Assembly: GCA_963704705.1 (NCBI GenBank)
Contig: OY969931.1
Location: 240,001 to 272,000, forward strand
Source: an uncultured bacterium
GTDB taxonomy: Bacteria; Patescibacteriota; Gracilibacteria; UBA1369; PNNO01
Direction of reading: 5' to 3'
DNA: 32,000 nucleotides
Below the pieces are notes generated by a model that was given only the letters and a program-made list of their open reading frames with translations, searched no databases and was not told the DNA's origin. The position numbers and the translations under genes are program-made. Position 1 is the stretch's first letter; each line of letters opens with the position of its first letter. Below, piece after piece: positions 7,805 to 17,560 of the stretch.

Positions 7805-9556
7805 ATGGATCAAAAGCAAACCAAGGAGAAAAAGCCAAAAAAAGAAAAAACAAAGAAGACTCCTCTGCAAAAAGAGAATTTCAAAAGAAAAATGGCTGGT
7901 TTATTCATAGGATTAATTGGTGTTTTTTTATTGCTTTTTGTGATCTTTTATACGGTTTCACGAGTATTCCGACCTGAAGATTTTGCAACAATGCTTCCTA
8001 AAGATTCAACAATCGCTTTAGTTCAGTTGAATATAAATCCAGGGCATGAGCAGGTACAGAGATTTTATAATTCTTTAAGTCAGTTTGAAGTTTTTCATCC
8101 AAATTCAATAATAAATCTTGTTAATGAAAAGCTTGATATTAACTATGAAACTGAAGTTGAACCTTGGATTAACCGGCAGGTTGGTGCTGCTTTATTAGAA
8201 AAAGGAAAGCAGAAAGGTGAAACGGATTTAGTATTTTTTGTTGAAACACGCGATAAAGGCGAAACAAAAAAATTCCTTGAATCAAGAGGTTTGCAGTCAA
8301 AAGATGATTATCTTATTTCCGATGAATATAATGGAAATGAAATTTATAGATATGCTTTAAGTCAGACTTTTAATTTCACATTTATAAATAATTATCTTGT
8401 TGTCGGTGATAATCAAGAAGTTATAAAAACCATTATCGATTCAAGTAAAGATTCTAAAAATCGTTTAATTGAATCTCCTGAATATCAGAAGGTAAGCCAA
8501 AATCTTCCAATAACCACTTTTGCTTTTAGTTATGTTGATGTTCAAAAATTAATAAATTTTTTAAAGACAAATGACCAGTTCATGAGTGAGAAAGGCAGAG
8601 AACTCATTGCATTTGAACCATTTTTAAGGATTTATAAAGCTTACGGACTTACTGTTACTATGGAAGATAAAAGTGTTGCTGTTCAGACATTTGAATTATT
8701 GGACAATAATTATCTGGGAGGTCGTGATTTTATAAATTTTGACTCAAAATTCAGAGCAAAATTTTTAGAACTGATTCCGCAGGATGTTAAATTTTATGCT
8801 GGCGGACTTAATTTACAAAAACAATTACAGAGATTTTCTGAAATTTTCAGTGTTGGAGGAGAGGTTTCTTATTTGATTTTTGAAGGCGCTGTAAGGTCAT
8901 TAAAATCAGAGTATTTCGGTGATGAAATCAGCCTTGAAGATGACATTTATCCATTATTACAGGACGAATATTTGCTTGCAGTAACAGGAGAGGGCGATTC
9001 GCAGGCAACCACGATTATACTTGGACTTGAAGATCCTCTTCGCGATAAAGATATTATAGACGTGATTGCTGAAAGCTTTATCAGAAAAAGCGCGCTGCTT
9101 GCGCCTAAAGTTGTTGAAGTCGAACTTGAAGATGGTACTATTTCCAAAGAAATACAAACAGTGCCTTATGAAATTACTAAATCTGAAGAAGATTACAAAG
9201 GTTATTCAATTAATGTACTTAAAGTCGGAAACGAAAAATGGGGAGTATTTTATATAATTGTTGATGATAAACTGATAATTACAACCAAGCTTGATTCGAT
9301 TAAAAAGTCTATCGATTTATTTATTGATCCTTCATCAAGCTTTCAAACAAGCGAAATTTCAAAATCAAATATTCAACCGGTTATAAGAACTTCCGATGAA
9401 GTGATCTTCTTTGATTTGGATTATTTATTTAATAATTTCATTACCGATAAACCCGAATGGATTGCTCCTTACTTAGAGCCGTTCCAGTATATGAGTTTAG
9501 GTAAGAATTATTTTAAAGATGGAATTTCAACAATTAATTACATTAAAATTAAATAA
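7805..9556 (+). CDS. DUF3352-like membrane-anchored protein
   Basis: N-terminal TM (LFIGLIGVFLLLFVIFYTV) followed by an extracellular domain opening with LPKDSTIALVQLNINP and containing repeated V-x-x-Q and DNQEVIKTIID-type motifs. TAATG overlap with the next CDS. Confidence 0.65.
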   Translation: MDQKQTKEKKPKKEKTKKTPLQKENFKRKMAGLFIGLIGVFLLLFVIFYTVSRVFRPEDFATMLPKDSTIALVQLNINPGHEQVQRFYNSLSQFEVFHPNSIINLVNEKLDINYETEVEPWINRQVGAALLEKGKQKGETDLVFFVETRDKGETKKFLESRGLQSKDDYLISDEYNGNEIYRYALSQTFNFTFINNYLVVGDNQEVIKTIIDSSKDSKNRLIESPEYQKVSQNLPITTFAFSYVDVQKLINFLKTNDQFMSEKGRELIAFEPFLRIYKAYGLTVTMEDKSVAVQTFELLDNNYLGGRDFINFDSKFRAKFLELIPQDVKFYAGGLNLQKQLQRFSEIFSVGGEVSYLIFEGAVRSLKSEYFGDEISLEDDIYPLLQDEYLLAVTGEGDSQATTIILGLEDPLRDKDIIDVIAESFIRKSALLAPKVVEVELEDGTISKEIQTVPYEITKSEEDYKGYSINVLKVGNEKWGVFYIIVDDKLIITTKLDSIKKSIDLFIDPSSSFQTSEISKSNIQPVIRTSDEVIFFDLDYLFNNFITDKPEWIAPYLEPFQYMSLGKNYFKDGISTINYIKIK

Positions 9557-11634
9557 TGCCCATAATCAGGGACATTAAAAAACGCGACAGTAAAAACACC
9601 CTTATCCTTGATATGGGTGAGAAACGCGAACTTAAAGTTGAAAAGAAGAAACAGCCGGTTAAAGAAGAATTTACAATTATTCATGAGAAGCCCAAAACTC
9701 CTATATTCTGCAAATACAAGCCTGTTTACAACTTTATTGCTTTGGCTGTTTTTGTGTTATTTGTTTTTAATTTGATGCAGATTGTGAATAAAGCTTTTAA
9801 TATTGCCGGTGAAGTTGAAGCTAATGCATTCACAGGTTATGAAAGTTTAATTGCAGGAAGTAAAGATGCGGTTGATACAAATTTCGGAGGAGCGGTGCAA
9901 TATTTTGATTCCGCAAAATATTCATTTGAAAAAGCAAAAGAACAGGTTTGGTTTTTAGGTAGTCAAACTCAAATTGGAGCAAAAGAAACAATTGGTGATA
10001 CTGCTTATAGTTTACTGGAATCAGGTGAAAACTTATCTGATGCAGCTTCATATTTTACCCAGGGTGTAAGCGGACTTCAGGAAATTCCAATTCAGTTTCT
10101 TCAAAATAATGCTTTAAAGGATCAAGTTGTTAATACCAATGTTTCGCTTACTGAAAAGCTTAAATCATCATTGAATTTATTTGAGCTAGCATATAACGAA
10201 GTTTCCAAAGCTAAAGAAAAATTAAAAAATACACCTGATTTGATTCTGCCTGCTGATTTGAAAGGCCGGTTAGATCAATTAATTACAATTTTGGATGAAC
10301 TTAAAAAACGCGTACCAGCTGTGCTTGCAATGCTTGGAGATCGTTATCCGCACAGGTATTTGATTCTTTTTCAAAATAATACTGAATCACGGCCAACCGG
10401 CGGTTTTATTGGAAGTTTTATGTTAATTGACGTAAATGACGGATATATAACCAAAGCTGATTTTCATGATGTGTATGATTATGATGGGCAGTTAAACGAG
10501 CATATTCCAGCGCCTGAAGAAATTTCGCAGCTTACAACAAACTGGAGAATGCGTGATTCCAATTTCTCTCCTGACTTTAGTGTTTCTGCAAAGCAGGCTG
10601 CATGGTTTTTAGAGAAAGAAGGCGGACCGGGAGTAGACACGGTAATTGCAATAAATCAAAGTATACTTGCCGATTTATTAAGCATAACAGGGCCTATTGA
10701 TGTCGATGGTTTGAATGCTCAGCTTGATGCCTCAAATTATAATACGATTCTTACATATGTTGTTGAATCAAAATTGGAAGGCGAAGCCAGTCCTAAACAA
10801 ATTCTTGATAGAGTAATTCCTAATCTTCAGCAAAAGCTTTCGGATGATGCACAATTCAAAAATATCCTAGCAATAATTAGCCAGGAAATTCAGAAAAAGA
10901 ATATTGTCGCCTGGTCAAAAGATGATTATATCCAGCATTTCTTTGAGGAAATTGGAATGAGCGCAGAAATGACGAAATTGCCTGATGATGAAGATTACTT
11001 TTCTTTAAGTTCCATTAATATTGGCGGAAATAAAAGCGATCTTTATTTAAAAACCACCGTAACTCATGAAACTTCAATTGAAAAAGACGGCAGCATAAAC
11101 AATATTGTCACAATTGAACGTTCTCATACTTGGGATCCCTCTGTGCTTTTAAAATGGCGCGACCAGCTTTCTACTTTTGGCTTCACTGACATACCTGATT
11201 GGATTCAGAATATTTTGGGAAAAGGTAATAACAAATCAGTATTGAAAATTTATGTGCCTAAAGGATCGGAATTAACCAGCACTTTGGGCGTTGAAATGGC
11301 CGATGTTAAAGTCGGATATGAAGAATCGGTTGATAAAGGATATTTCTATTATACTGATGAAGTAGCGCCACAAAACACATCAAAAGTTACACTAACTTAT
11401 AAGCTTCCATATAAACTTAATTTGGATGTCGCCGACGAATATCGCTTAACCGTTCAAAAACAGCCGGGTTTAATAAATGACGTTAAATTTGTTAAACAAA
11501 TAGTTGCTGATCCGCATGTTGTGAATTATCGCACTTACCCTGACGAAATCACTTATAATAAAGGTGACGCAATTAAATACGAAACCTCTTTGGTTAGCGA
11601 TCAATATTTTGCTTCTCTGTGGGGATTGGAGTAA
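9556..11634 (+). CDS. DUF4012 domain-containing membrane protein
   Basis: Signature-like LILFQNNTESRPTGGFIGSFMLIDVNDG plus long extracytoplasmic domain after an N-terminal TM. Confidence 0.85.
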   Translation: MPIIRDIKKRDSKNTLILDMGEKRELKVEKKKQPVKEEFTIIHEKPKTPIFCKYKPVYNFIALAVFVLFVFNLMQIVNKAFNIAGEVEANAFTGYESLIAGSKDAVDTNFGGAVQYFDSAKYSFEKAKEQVWFLGSQTQIGAKETIGDTAYSLLESGENLSDAASYFTQGVSGLQEIPIQFLQNNALKDQVVNTNVSLTEKLKSSLNLFELAYNEVSKAKEKLKNTPDLILPADLKGRLDQLITILDELKKRVPAVLAMLGDRYPHRYLILFQNNTESRPTGGFIGSFMLIDVNDGYITKADFHDVYDYDGQLNEHIPAPEEISQLTTNWRMRDSNFSPDFSVSAKQAAWFLEKEGGPGVDTVIAINQSILADLLSITGPIDVDGLNAQLDASNYNTILTYVVESKLEGEASPKQILDRVIPNLQQKLSDDAQFKNILAIISQEIQKKNIVAWSKDDYIQHFFEEIGMSAEMTKLPDDEDYFSLSSINIGGNKSDLYLKTTVTHETSIEKDGSINNIVTIERSHTWDPSVLLKWRDQLSTFGFTDIPDWIQNILGKGNNKSVLKIYVPKGSELTSTLGVEMADVKVGYEESVDKGYFYYTDEVAPQNTSKVTLTYKLPYKLNLDVADEYRLTVQKQPGLINDVKFVKQIVADPHVVNYRTYPDEITYNKGDAIKYETSLVSDQYFASLWGLE

Positions 11635-13341
11635 TTATTTCCTTTTAAACATCTTCTCCAACTCATTATAAGTTAGCTGAACCATTGATGGTCTTCCATG
11701 TGGACAGGTATATGGACGTTTTAATTTGTCCACTTGCCTGATTAGCTCTGCCATCTCATCATAACTCAAATCTTTACCAAATTTTATTGCGCTTCTGCAA
11801 GCCATATATTCAATAACTTTTTCCTGTGGATTTTTAACTGCGCGTGTCGACTTGTCGTCACTTAAGTCTGATAAAACCTGTTGTAAAATATTTTGCACAT
11901 TCTGGTTTGCGACAGGGGAAGGTACTGCCTGAATTATAAAAGTGTTGCCTCCAAAGCTTTCAATTTCAAATCCCAAATCTTCAAAAATTGATTTATTGTT
12001 TTCAAACATTTCAACTTCAAGCCCTGAGAGTTCAATTTCTAATGGTAATAAAAGCTGTTGTTTTTCAGGAGATTTTTTTTCAAGATGATCCATCAACTCT
12101 TCATATCTTACTCTTTCATGCGCTGCATGCTGATCTATCAATATCAAACCATCTTCATTTTCAGCAAGAATGTATGATTTAGCAATTTGAGTTAAAGGCT
12201 TCATACTGAGGTCTTCTGGCTCTTCTTGTTTATATGAATATTTGTTAAGACCTGTTCCTCCTGAGATTCGTTCTGTAAATTCGAACGCTGCTTTAATTTG
12301 ATTTTTAGTTGGAGCTTCATGCTCTCTAAAATCTCTAAACGATGGCATTAATATATTTTTTTCCAATGTTTTTTTAGCAGAAGCCTGTAAAAGTCTAAAA
12401 ATTTCATTTTGATTCTGAAATCTTATTTCAAGTTTTCTCGGATGAACATTTACATCAATCAGCGCGGGATTAATTTTAATATTTATTAAATAGAAAGGTT
12501 TTTTGCCATCCATAAGCAATGAATGATATGCCTCAGCAATAGCATAACTGAACAAATGGTGGGTTATCTGTCTTTCGTTAACAAACAAATATTGATGCTT
12601 TGTGCCGCTTCGTCCAAGTTCAGGTTTACCAACAAACCCCTCAAACTGAATATTTGAACCTTCATAAAAAATCGGTAATAAATTTTCAGAAACATTTTTT
12701 CCCAAAACATCGCGAATGCGATCAATTAATGCATCTGCAACAGGATATTCAAATGACGCTTTATCATCATGAATAAGTTTAAAGTGCACTTTAGGATGCA
12801 TTAATGCAATTCCCTGAAAAATCGCAATAATATTTTGGTATTCAGTTGATTGTGTTTTTAAATATTTTTTTCGCGCTGGTGTATTATAAAAAAGATTTCG
12901 TACTTCTATTTGTGTACCATCACCGCAGCTTACTTCTTCATTTTTTTCAATAACTCCGCCAATACATAAAATCATAGTTCCAACCGAATCTTCCTGCTTT
13001 TTTGTTTTCATCGTCATATGACAAACCGAAGCAATACTTGCAATAGCCTCGCCTCTAAAGCCAAGGCTCGAGATATTAAATAAATCTTCAGCGTTGCTAA
13101 TTTTACTTGTAGCGTGTCTCTCAAACGATAAATTCGCATCTTCTTTGCCCATTCCGCTGCCATTGTCAGTGATTTTAATAAGTTCATCTCCCGCACCAGT
13201 AATTTCTAAAGTAATGCGGCTTGCTTTTGCGTCAATTGAATTCTCTAAAAGTTCTTTAACAACACTTGCCGGACGTTCAACAACTTCACCTGCAGCAATT
13301 TGATTAATTAAATTTTCAGGAAGAATTTTGATAATATTCAT
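11635..13341 (-). CDS. mutL: DNA mismatch repair protein MutL
   Basis: MNIIKILPENLINQIAAGEVVERPASVVKELLENSIDA, DNGSGM, ISSLGFRGEAIASIASV, C-terminal domain with DQHAAHERVRYE and CPHGRP. The ORF track extends to 13419, but the conserved N-terminus starts at the ATG ending at 13341. Confidence 0.96.
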   Translation of the reverse strand: MNIIKILPENLINQIAAGEVVERPASVVKELLENSIDAKASRITLEITGAGDELIKITDNGSGMGKEDANLSFERHATSKISNAEDLFNISSLGFRGEAIASIASVCHMTMKTKKQEDSVGTMILCIGGVIEKNEEVSCGDGTQIEVRNLFYNTPARKKYLKTQSTEYQNIIAIFQGIALMHPKVHFKLIHDDKASFEYPVADALIDRIRDVLGKNVSENLLPIFYEGSNIQFEGFVGKPELGRSGTKHQYLFVNERQITHHLFSYAIAEAYHSLLMDGKKPFYLINIKINPALIDVNVHPRKLEIRFQNQNEIFRLLQASAKKTLEKNILMPSFRDFREHEAPTKNQIKAAFEFTERISGGTGLNKYSYKQEEPEDLSMKPLTQIAKSYILAENEDGLILIDQHAAHERVRYEELMDHLEKKSPEKQQLLLPLEIELSGLEVEMFENNKSIFEDLGFEIESFGGNTFIIQAVPSPVANQNVQNILQQVLSDLSDDKSTRAVKNPQEKVIEYMACRSAIKFGKDLSYDEMAELIRQVDKLKRPYTCPHGRPSMVQLTYNELEKMFKRK

Positions 13342-13402
13342 GGTGCCCAAAAAATAATGCAAAAACACTTTAATAACAAGTAAAAATACTATATATTTAC
13401 AA

Positions 13403-13414
13403 AAGGTATACCTT
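13403..13414. promoter_or_regulatory. 12-bp perfect palindrome AAGGTATACCTT between divergent mutL and a membrane protein gene
   Basis: Direct reading of the 86-bp divergent intergenic region. Confidence 0.4.
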
Positions 13415-13427
13415 AACAACTTTTCCT

Positions 13428-14429
13428 ATGAAACTAGGAACAGCACTGGGCGACAGCTTCAAAACTTACTTTAAAAAGCCTCTGCTTTTTTCAGGTATTT
13501 ATGCGGCTGCTATGCTCATACTAATCATTTTTAACATTATCATTCTGCCTTCAGGTGCGGTTGCTGCGCTTCCTTTAGCGCTTATGACTGGTAATGTTGC
13601 GGCTATTTTAAGTATGGCTGGATTACTTTTTTTACTTTATCTTGCTATTGCAATCGTTACCGGAGCTTTAAGTCTTGGTGGTATGATTAAAGCATCTTCC
13701 GAAGTAGTTGGCGGACATAAAACATCTATAATGGATTGTTTGAAGTTTGCATTCGGATTAATTAAAGACTATATCATCCTTGGATTACGTGTTTTCTGGT
13801 ATTCGTTAGCTTGGGTTTTAATTCTTGTAATGATTTTATTACCGCTTTTAGGAAGTTTATTTAGTGCAAAAGCTAACGCTCAGGCCCCTGGCAATATGCC
13901 AACTGAATATAATCAAATGATGCAAGATTTAAATAATATTCAGGGAATGGATAATCCTGAAGCATTACAGGCTTTACAAAATATGGATTATAATTCTATG
14001 GCTTCTTACGGTACATATAATTTTACTCCTGGATTCATGGCGAATCCATTATTTGGAATTATATTCTTGGTATTATTTGTTATTGTTATTTATCGATCAA
14101 TTCAAGTTGGTTTTGCTTTCTACATTTTTTACGATGATCCAAAAATGGGAACAAAAGCAGCTCTTGAAAAGAGTATCAAAATCATGAAGGGAAATATTTG
14201 GAGACTGATCGGTTATTCAATTGTATTACTTCTTATTTTAGGAATTGCTTCAGGAATTGTTTCAGCAGTTCTTCTTGACCCAATTGCACGAGCATTATCA
14301 GGTGGAATACAAGGATATTTCATTTGGCAGATGATTTTGCAATTTATCCTTGCTGCGATTATTGCACCAATATTAGTGTTATTCTATTTTGTAACATTTA
14401 AAGGTTGGAGCAAAGAACACGGACACTAG
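13428..14429 (+). CDS. Multi-TM hypothetical membrane protein (YciC / glycerophosphodiester phosphodiesterase membrane-domain-like)
   Basis: Five or more hydrophobic segments; architecture MKLGTALGDSFKTYFKKPLLFSGIYAAAM... with AALEKSIKIMKGNIWRLIGY near the C-terminus. Confidence 0.55.
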   Translation: MKLGTALGDSFKTYFKKPLLFSGIYAAAMLILIIFNIIILPSGAVAALPLALMTGNVAAILSMAGLLFLLYLAIAIVTGALSLGGMIKASSEVVGGHKTSIMDCLKFAFGLIKDYIILGLRVFWYSLAWVLILVMILLPLLGSLFSAKANAQAPGNMPTEYNQMMQDLNNIQGMDNPEALQALQNMDYNSMASYGTYNFTPGFMANPLFGIIFLVLFVIVIYRSIQVGFAFYIFYDDPKMGTKAALEKSIKIMKGNIWRLIGYSIVLLLILGIASGIVSAVLLDPIARALSGGIQGYFIWQMILQFILAAIIAPILVLFYFVTFKGWSKEHGH

Positions 14430-14430
14430 T

Positions 14431-16989
14431 TTAATTAGATCTCTTCTTTAACTCATCAAGTTTTTGAAGAGCTTCAAGGGGAGTTAAACCGTTTATATCA
14501 ATCTGGTTTAGCTCCTCTTTTATTTTGTTTAAATTTTGCGGAATTCGTGAGTCAGCAAAAAGCGCCATTTGATCTTCATTTATTTTAGCTTTATTTGCAG
14601 TTTGTTTAATTTTAATATCAACAACATCTTCTTCGAGATCTTTAAGAATAGTTTTTGATTTTTCAACTACTTCCTTTGGAAGACCAGCCAGTCTCGCAAC
14701 TTCAATTCCGTAACTTCTGTCGATGCCACCTTCATCCAGTTTATATAAAAATATGATACCATCTTCTTTTTCTTTCACTCCGACACTAAAATTTTTTGCA
14801 CGCTCCAAAGACTCAACAACAGCGATAAGCTCATGATAATGGCTTGCAAACAATGTCTTGGCTTTAATATGATTGTGGATATATTCTGTAATTGCCCAGG
14901 CAATGCTAACTCCATCGTATGTGGATGTTCCTCTTCCAATCTCATCCAAAATAATAAGAGATCGTTCTGTTGCGTTGTTTAAAATATTTGCTGCTTCCTG
15001 CATTTCAACCATAAACGTTGATTGGCCTTTAATTAAATTATCGCTTGCGCCAACTCTGGTAAAAATTCTATCAACCAGCCCGATTACAGCTTTATCAGCA
15101 GGAACAAAACAGCCTATATGTGCCATTAAAACAGTTATTGCCACTTGCCTTAAGATTGTCGACTTCCCGCCCATATTTGGCCCTGTAATAAGCAATAATT
15201 GATTGTCGATATTGTCCAGATTGATGTCATTTGGAATAAAATCGCCTGAAAATGTCATTTTTTCAACAACAGGATGACGCCCCGCTTTGATTTCAATTTT
15301 ATTTCCCTCGTTTACTTCAGGTTTGCAGTAATTATTAAGCCTCGCAACATATGCAAATGAACACAAACAATCTAAAGTGGCTATTATTTGAGCGTTTTTT
15401 TGAATTTCAGTAATTTTCTCAACTGCTTTTTCCCGGATTTCATTAAACAATTTATATTCAAGTTCAGTTATTTTTTCTTCCGCACCCAAGACCTTTTCTT
15501 CATATTCCTTAAGTTCCGGAGTTATAAATCTTTCCGCATTTACAAGTGTCTGTTTTCTAATATAATCCTCAGGCACATTGGCCAAATTTGACTTACTTAT
15601 TTCAATATAATATCCAAAGACTTTATTGTATTTGACCTTCATGGAATTAATTCCGGTTCTTTTAATTTCTTTTTCCTGCAGGTTTTTTATAAAAGTTTTT
15701 CCTTCTCTGCTAATATTTTTGAGTTCATCGAGCTCTTTATTATAACCGTCTTTAATCATCCCGCCGTCGCGCAAAGTAATTGGCGGCTCTTCTTCTATAG
15801 ATTTTGCAATAATTTCCATTAATTCATGCAAATCAATAAAATTACCTGGTAATCCCGAATTACCGAGTGATTTTTTAAGCTCCGGAATCTGTTTTAATGT
15901 ATTTTTAAGCGCAATCAGATCACGTGCATTACCAGTTCCGAGACTAAGTCTCGAAATGATTCTTTCAAGATCAAGTGTATCTTTTAGGGTTTCTCGTAAA
16001 TTACCGAGTAATTCCGTATTACCGAGTAATTCTTCAACCCAATCTAATCTTTTTTGGATATCTTCGCTTTTTAGAAGCGGCTTTAAAAGCCAATTTTTAA
16101 GCATGCGGCCCCCCATTGAAGTTAAAGTCTCATCTAAAACCGATAGAAGAGAACCTTCTTTTTCCTGATCACGCAAAGTAGTAATAAGTTCCAGATTCCG
16201 AAGCGTTGCTTCATCCAAAGGCATAAACTCTTTTGTAGAGTAATACTTTATTGTTTTTAAATGTTTAAGTTCATTTTTCTGAGTTTCAATTAAATATAAA
16301 AGTAACATCCCCGCTGCTTTAATTGCGGCGCTTTTTCCTTCAAGTCCCAATCCATTTATCGAATGAATTTTATAATGATCTTTAATTGATTCTTCCTCAT
16401 CTCTAAAATTTTCATAAGGAAAAAAAGAAGTATACTCAAAGCTGTCTTTAAGCATAATAAATGTATCGTTTTCTTCACCCGTTATACATTCTGCCGGGTA
16501 AATTTTTGTCATTTCATTTATAAGTTCAGATTCGTTTTCAATTTCAGTTACAAAAAAATCACCGGTTGTAATATCTGCATAAGCAAAACCAAAAAAATCC
16601 CCACTTTTAACCATACTTACCAAGTAATTATTTGTTTTTCTGTCTAATATATTATCATTAAATGTTGTACCCGGAGTAATAGTGCGGGTTACTTCCCTTT
16701 GTACTATTCCCGGAAGCTTAGGATCACTTACCTGATCACAAATTGCAACTTTGCACCCATTGCGTGTTAATTTCGCAATGTAATTTTCAATCGCATGATA
16801 AGGAACTCCGCACATTGGCATTTTACCATCGCCTTTATTGCGTGCAGTCAATGTAATGTCGAGAATTTTAGAAGCTTTTATTGCATCATCCCCGAACATT
16901 TCATAAAAATCTCCAAGCCGGAAAAGCAAAATAGCATCTTTGTGCTTAGCTTTGATCTCTTCGTATTGTTTGATCATCGGAGTCGCCAT
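14431..16989 (-). CDS. mutS: DNA mismatch repair protein MutS
   Basis: MIKQYEEIKAKHKDAILLFRLGDFYEMFGDDA, Walker A GPNMGGKSTILRQ, MVEMQEAANIL, DEIGRGTSTYDGVSIAWA. Confidence 0.97.
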   Translation of the reverse strand: MATPMIKQYEEIKAKHKDAILLFRLGDFYEMFGDDAIKASKILDITLTARNKGDGKMPMCGVPYHAIENYIAKLTRNGCKVAICDQVSDPKLPGIVQREVTRTITPGTTFNDNILDRKTNNYLVSMVKSGDFFGFAYADITTGDFFVTEIENESELINEMTKIYPAECITGEENDTFIMLKDSFEYTSFFPYENFRDEEESIKDHYKIHSINGLGLEGKSAAIKAAGMLLLYLIETQKNELKHLKTIKYYSTKEFMPLDEATLRNLELITTLRDQEKEGSLLSVLDETLTSMGGRMLKNWLLKPLLKSEDIQKRLDWVEELLGNTELLGNLRETLKDTLDLERIISRLSLGTGNARDLIALKNTLKQIPELKKSLGNSGLPGNFIDLHELMEIIAKSIEEEPPITLRDGGMIKDGYNKELDELKNISREGKTFIKNLQEKEIKRTGINSMKVKYNKVFGYYIEISKSNLANVPEDYIRKQTLVNAERFITPELKEYEEKVLGAEEKITELEYKLFNEIREKAVEKITEIQKNAQIIATLDCLCSFAYVARLNNYCKPEVNEGNKIEIKAGRHPVVEKMTFSGDFIPNDINLDNIDNQLLLITGPNMGGKSTILRQVAITVLMAHIGCFVPADKAVIGLVDRIFTRVGASDNLIKGQSTFMVEMQEAANILNNATERSLIILDEIGRGTSTYDGVSIAWAITEYIHNHIKAKTLFASHYHELIAVVESLERAKNFSVGVKEKEDGIIFLYKLDEGGIDRSYGIEVARLAGLPKEVVEKSKTILKDLEEDVVDIKIKQTANKAKINEDQMALFADSRIPQNLNKIKEELNQIDINGLTPLEALQKLDELKKRSN
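15841..16040. repeat. Four small palindromic units (ATTAC-N3-GTAAT type) in frame inside mutS
   Basis: ATTACCTGGTAAT (15841-15853), ATTACCGAGTGAT (15859-15871), ATTACCGAGTAAT (16010-16022 and 16028-16040, 18-bp period). They encode the repeated L(L/P)GN in EELLGNTELLGNLRE and KSLGNSGLPGNF. Confidence 0.6.
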
Positions 16990-17010
16990 ATTTGCACGTT
17001 GTTACCTTTG

Positions 17011-17270
17011 GCAGGTTTCAAATATAGCGAAGTAGAAGGTAAACATCAATAGAAGTCAAACCTGCGCCAAGTTCGACTTACCATTCTATGATAATAACCT
17101 TGTTGTAAACAGAAACCCTCTTGGCGAAGATTAACAATGGCCAAATGGAATAGTATATAGTTCTCCAAGGTGTGTACCAATTTTTTCTGATGACCATAAG
17201 TCTGTTTGCCAACGGGCACCTCTTTTCTCCAGGTCCAACCTGGGTATTTAATGAACTTTAGCGCAGGTTT
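17011..17270 (-). promoter_or_regulatory. Structured intergenic region upstream of mutS; possible leader RNA or separate RNA
   Basis: Perfect 10-bp IR AAACCTGCGC (17058-17067)/GCGCAGGTTT (17261-17270); 8-bp GCAGGTTT (17011-17018)/AAACCTGC (17058-17065); 7-bp CGCCAAG (17065-17071)/CTTGGCG (17120-17126); hairpin CCAGGT-CCA-ACCTGG (17229-17243). Weak minus-strand promoter candidate TTGGTA-N17-TATACT (17180-17152). Confidence 0.45.
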
Positions 17271-17560
17271 TAAGAAAGATCTCAGCATTAACAATAATAA
17301 ATTATGTTAGCTGAAGGAGGCTAATTCTACCAAATAGGCATTTGACCTGCAATAAGATATCTTTTCTTTTGATTACTTCTTCTCCATTGTCTGATTTTTT
17401 GGCTCATTGATCTTTTTTTCATGTTAGTTGGAGTAGGTATGAACCATAATTTTGGTGCTGTTTGAATTCTGATATTCATGATTTTTAGAGTTAAGAAAAT
17501 ACGCATGGCTTTTGCCAATTTTTAGGCTTTCTTAATGTTTTAAGTACTAAAGCTCTAATA

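Noticed and set aside
13342-13419. N-terminal extension of MutL (MLRYTFCKYIVFLLVIKVFLHYFLGT...)
   Set aside because: The hydrophobic extension comes from reading the AT-rich intergenic region; the conserved MutL N-terminus begins at MNIIKILPE (13341).
17046-17518. Minus-strand ORFs of 82 and 63 aa in the mutS-lexA gap
   Set aside because: No recognisable family, odd composition, and they coincide with the inverted repeats. I treat the region as more likely non-coding, although a short peptide cannot be excluded.
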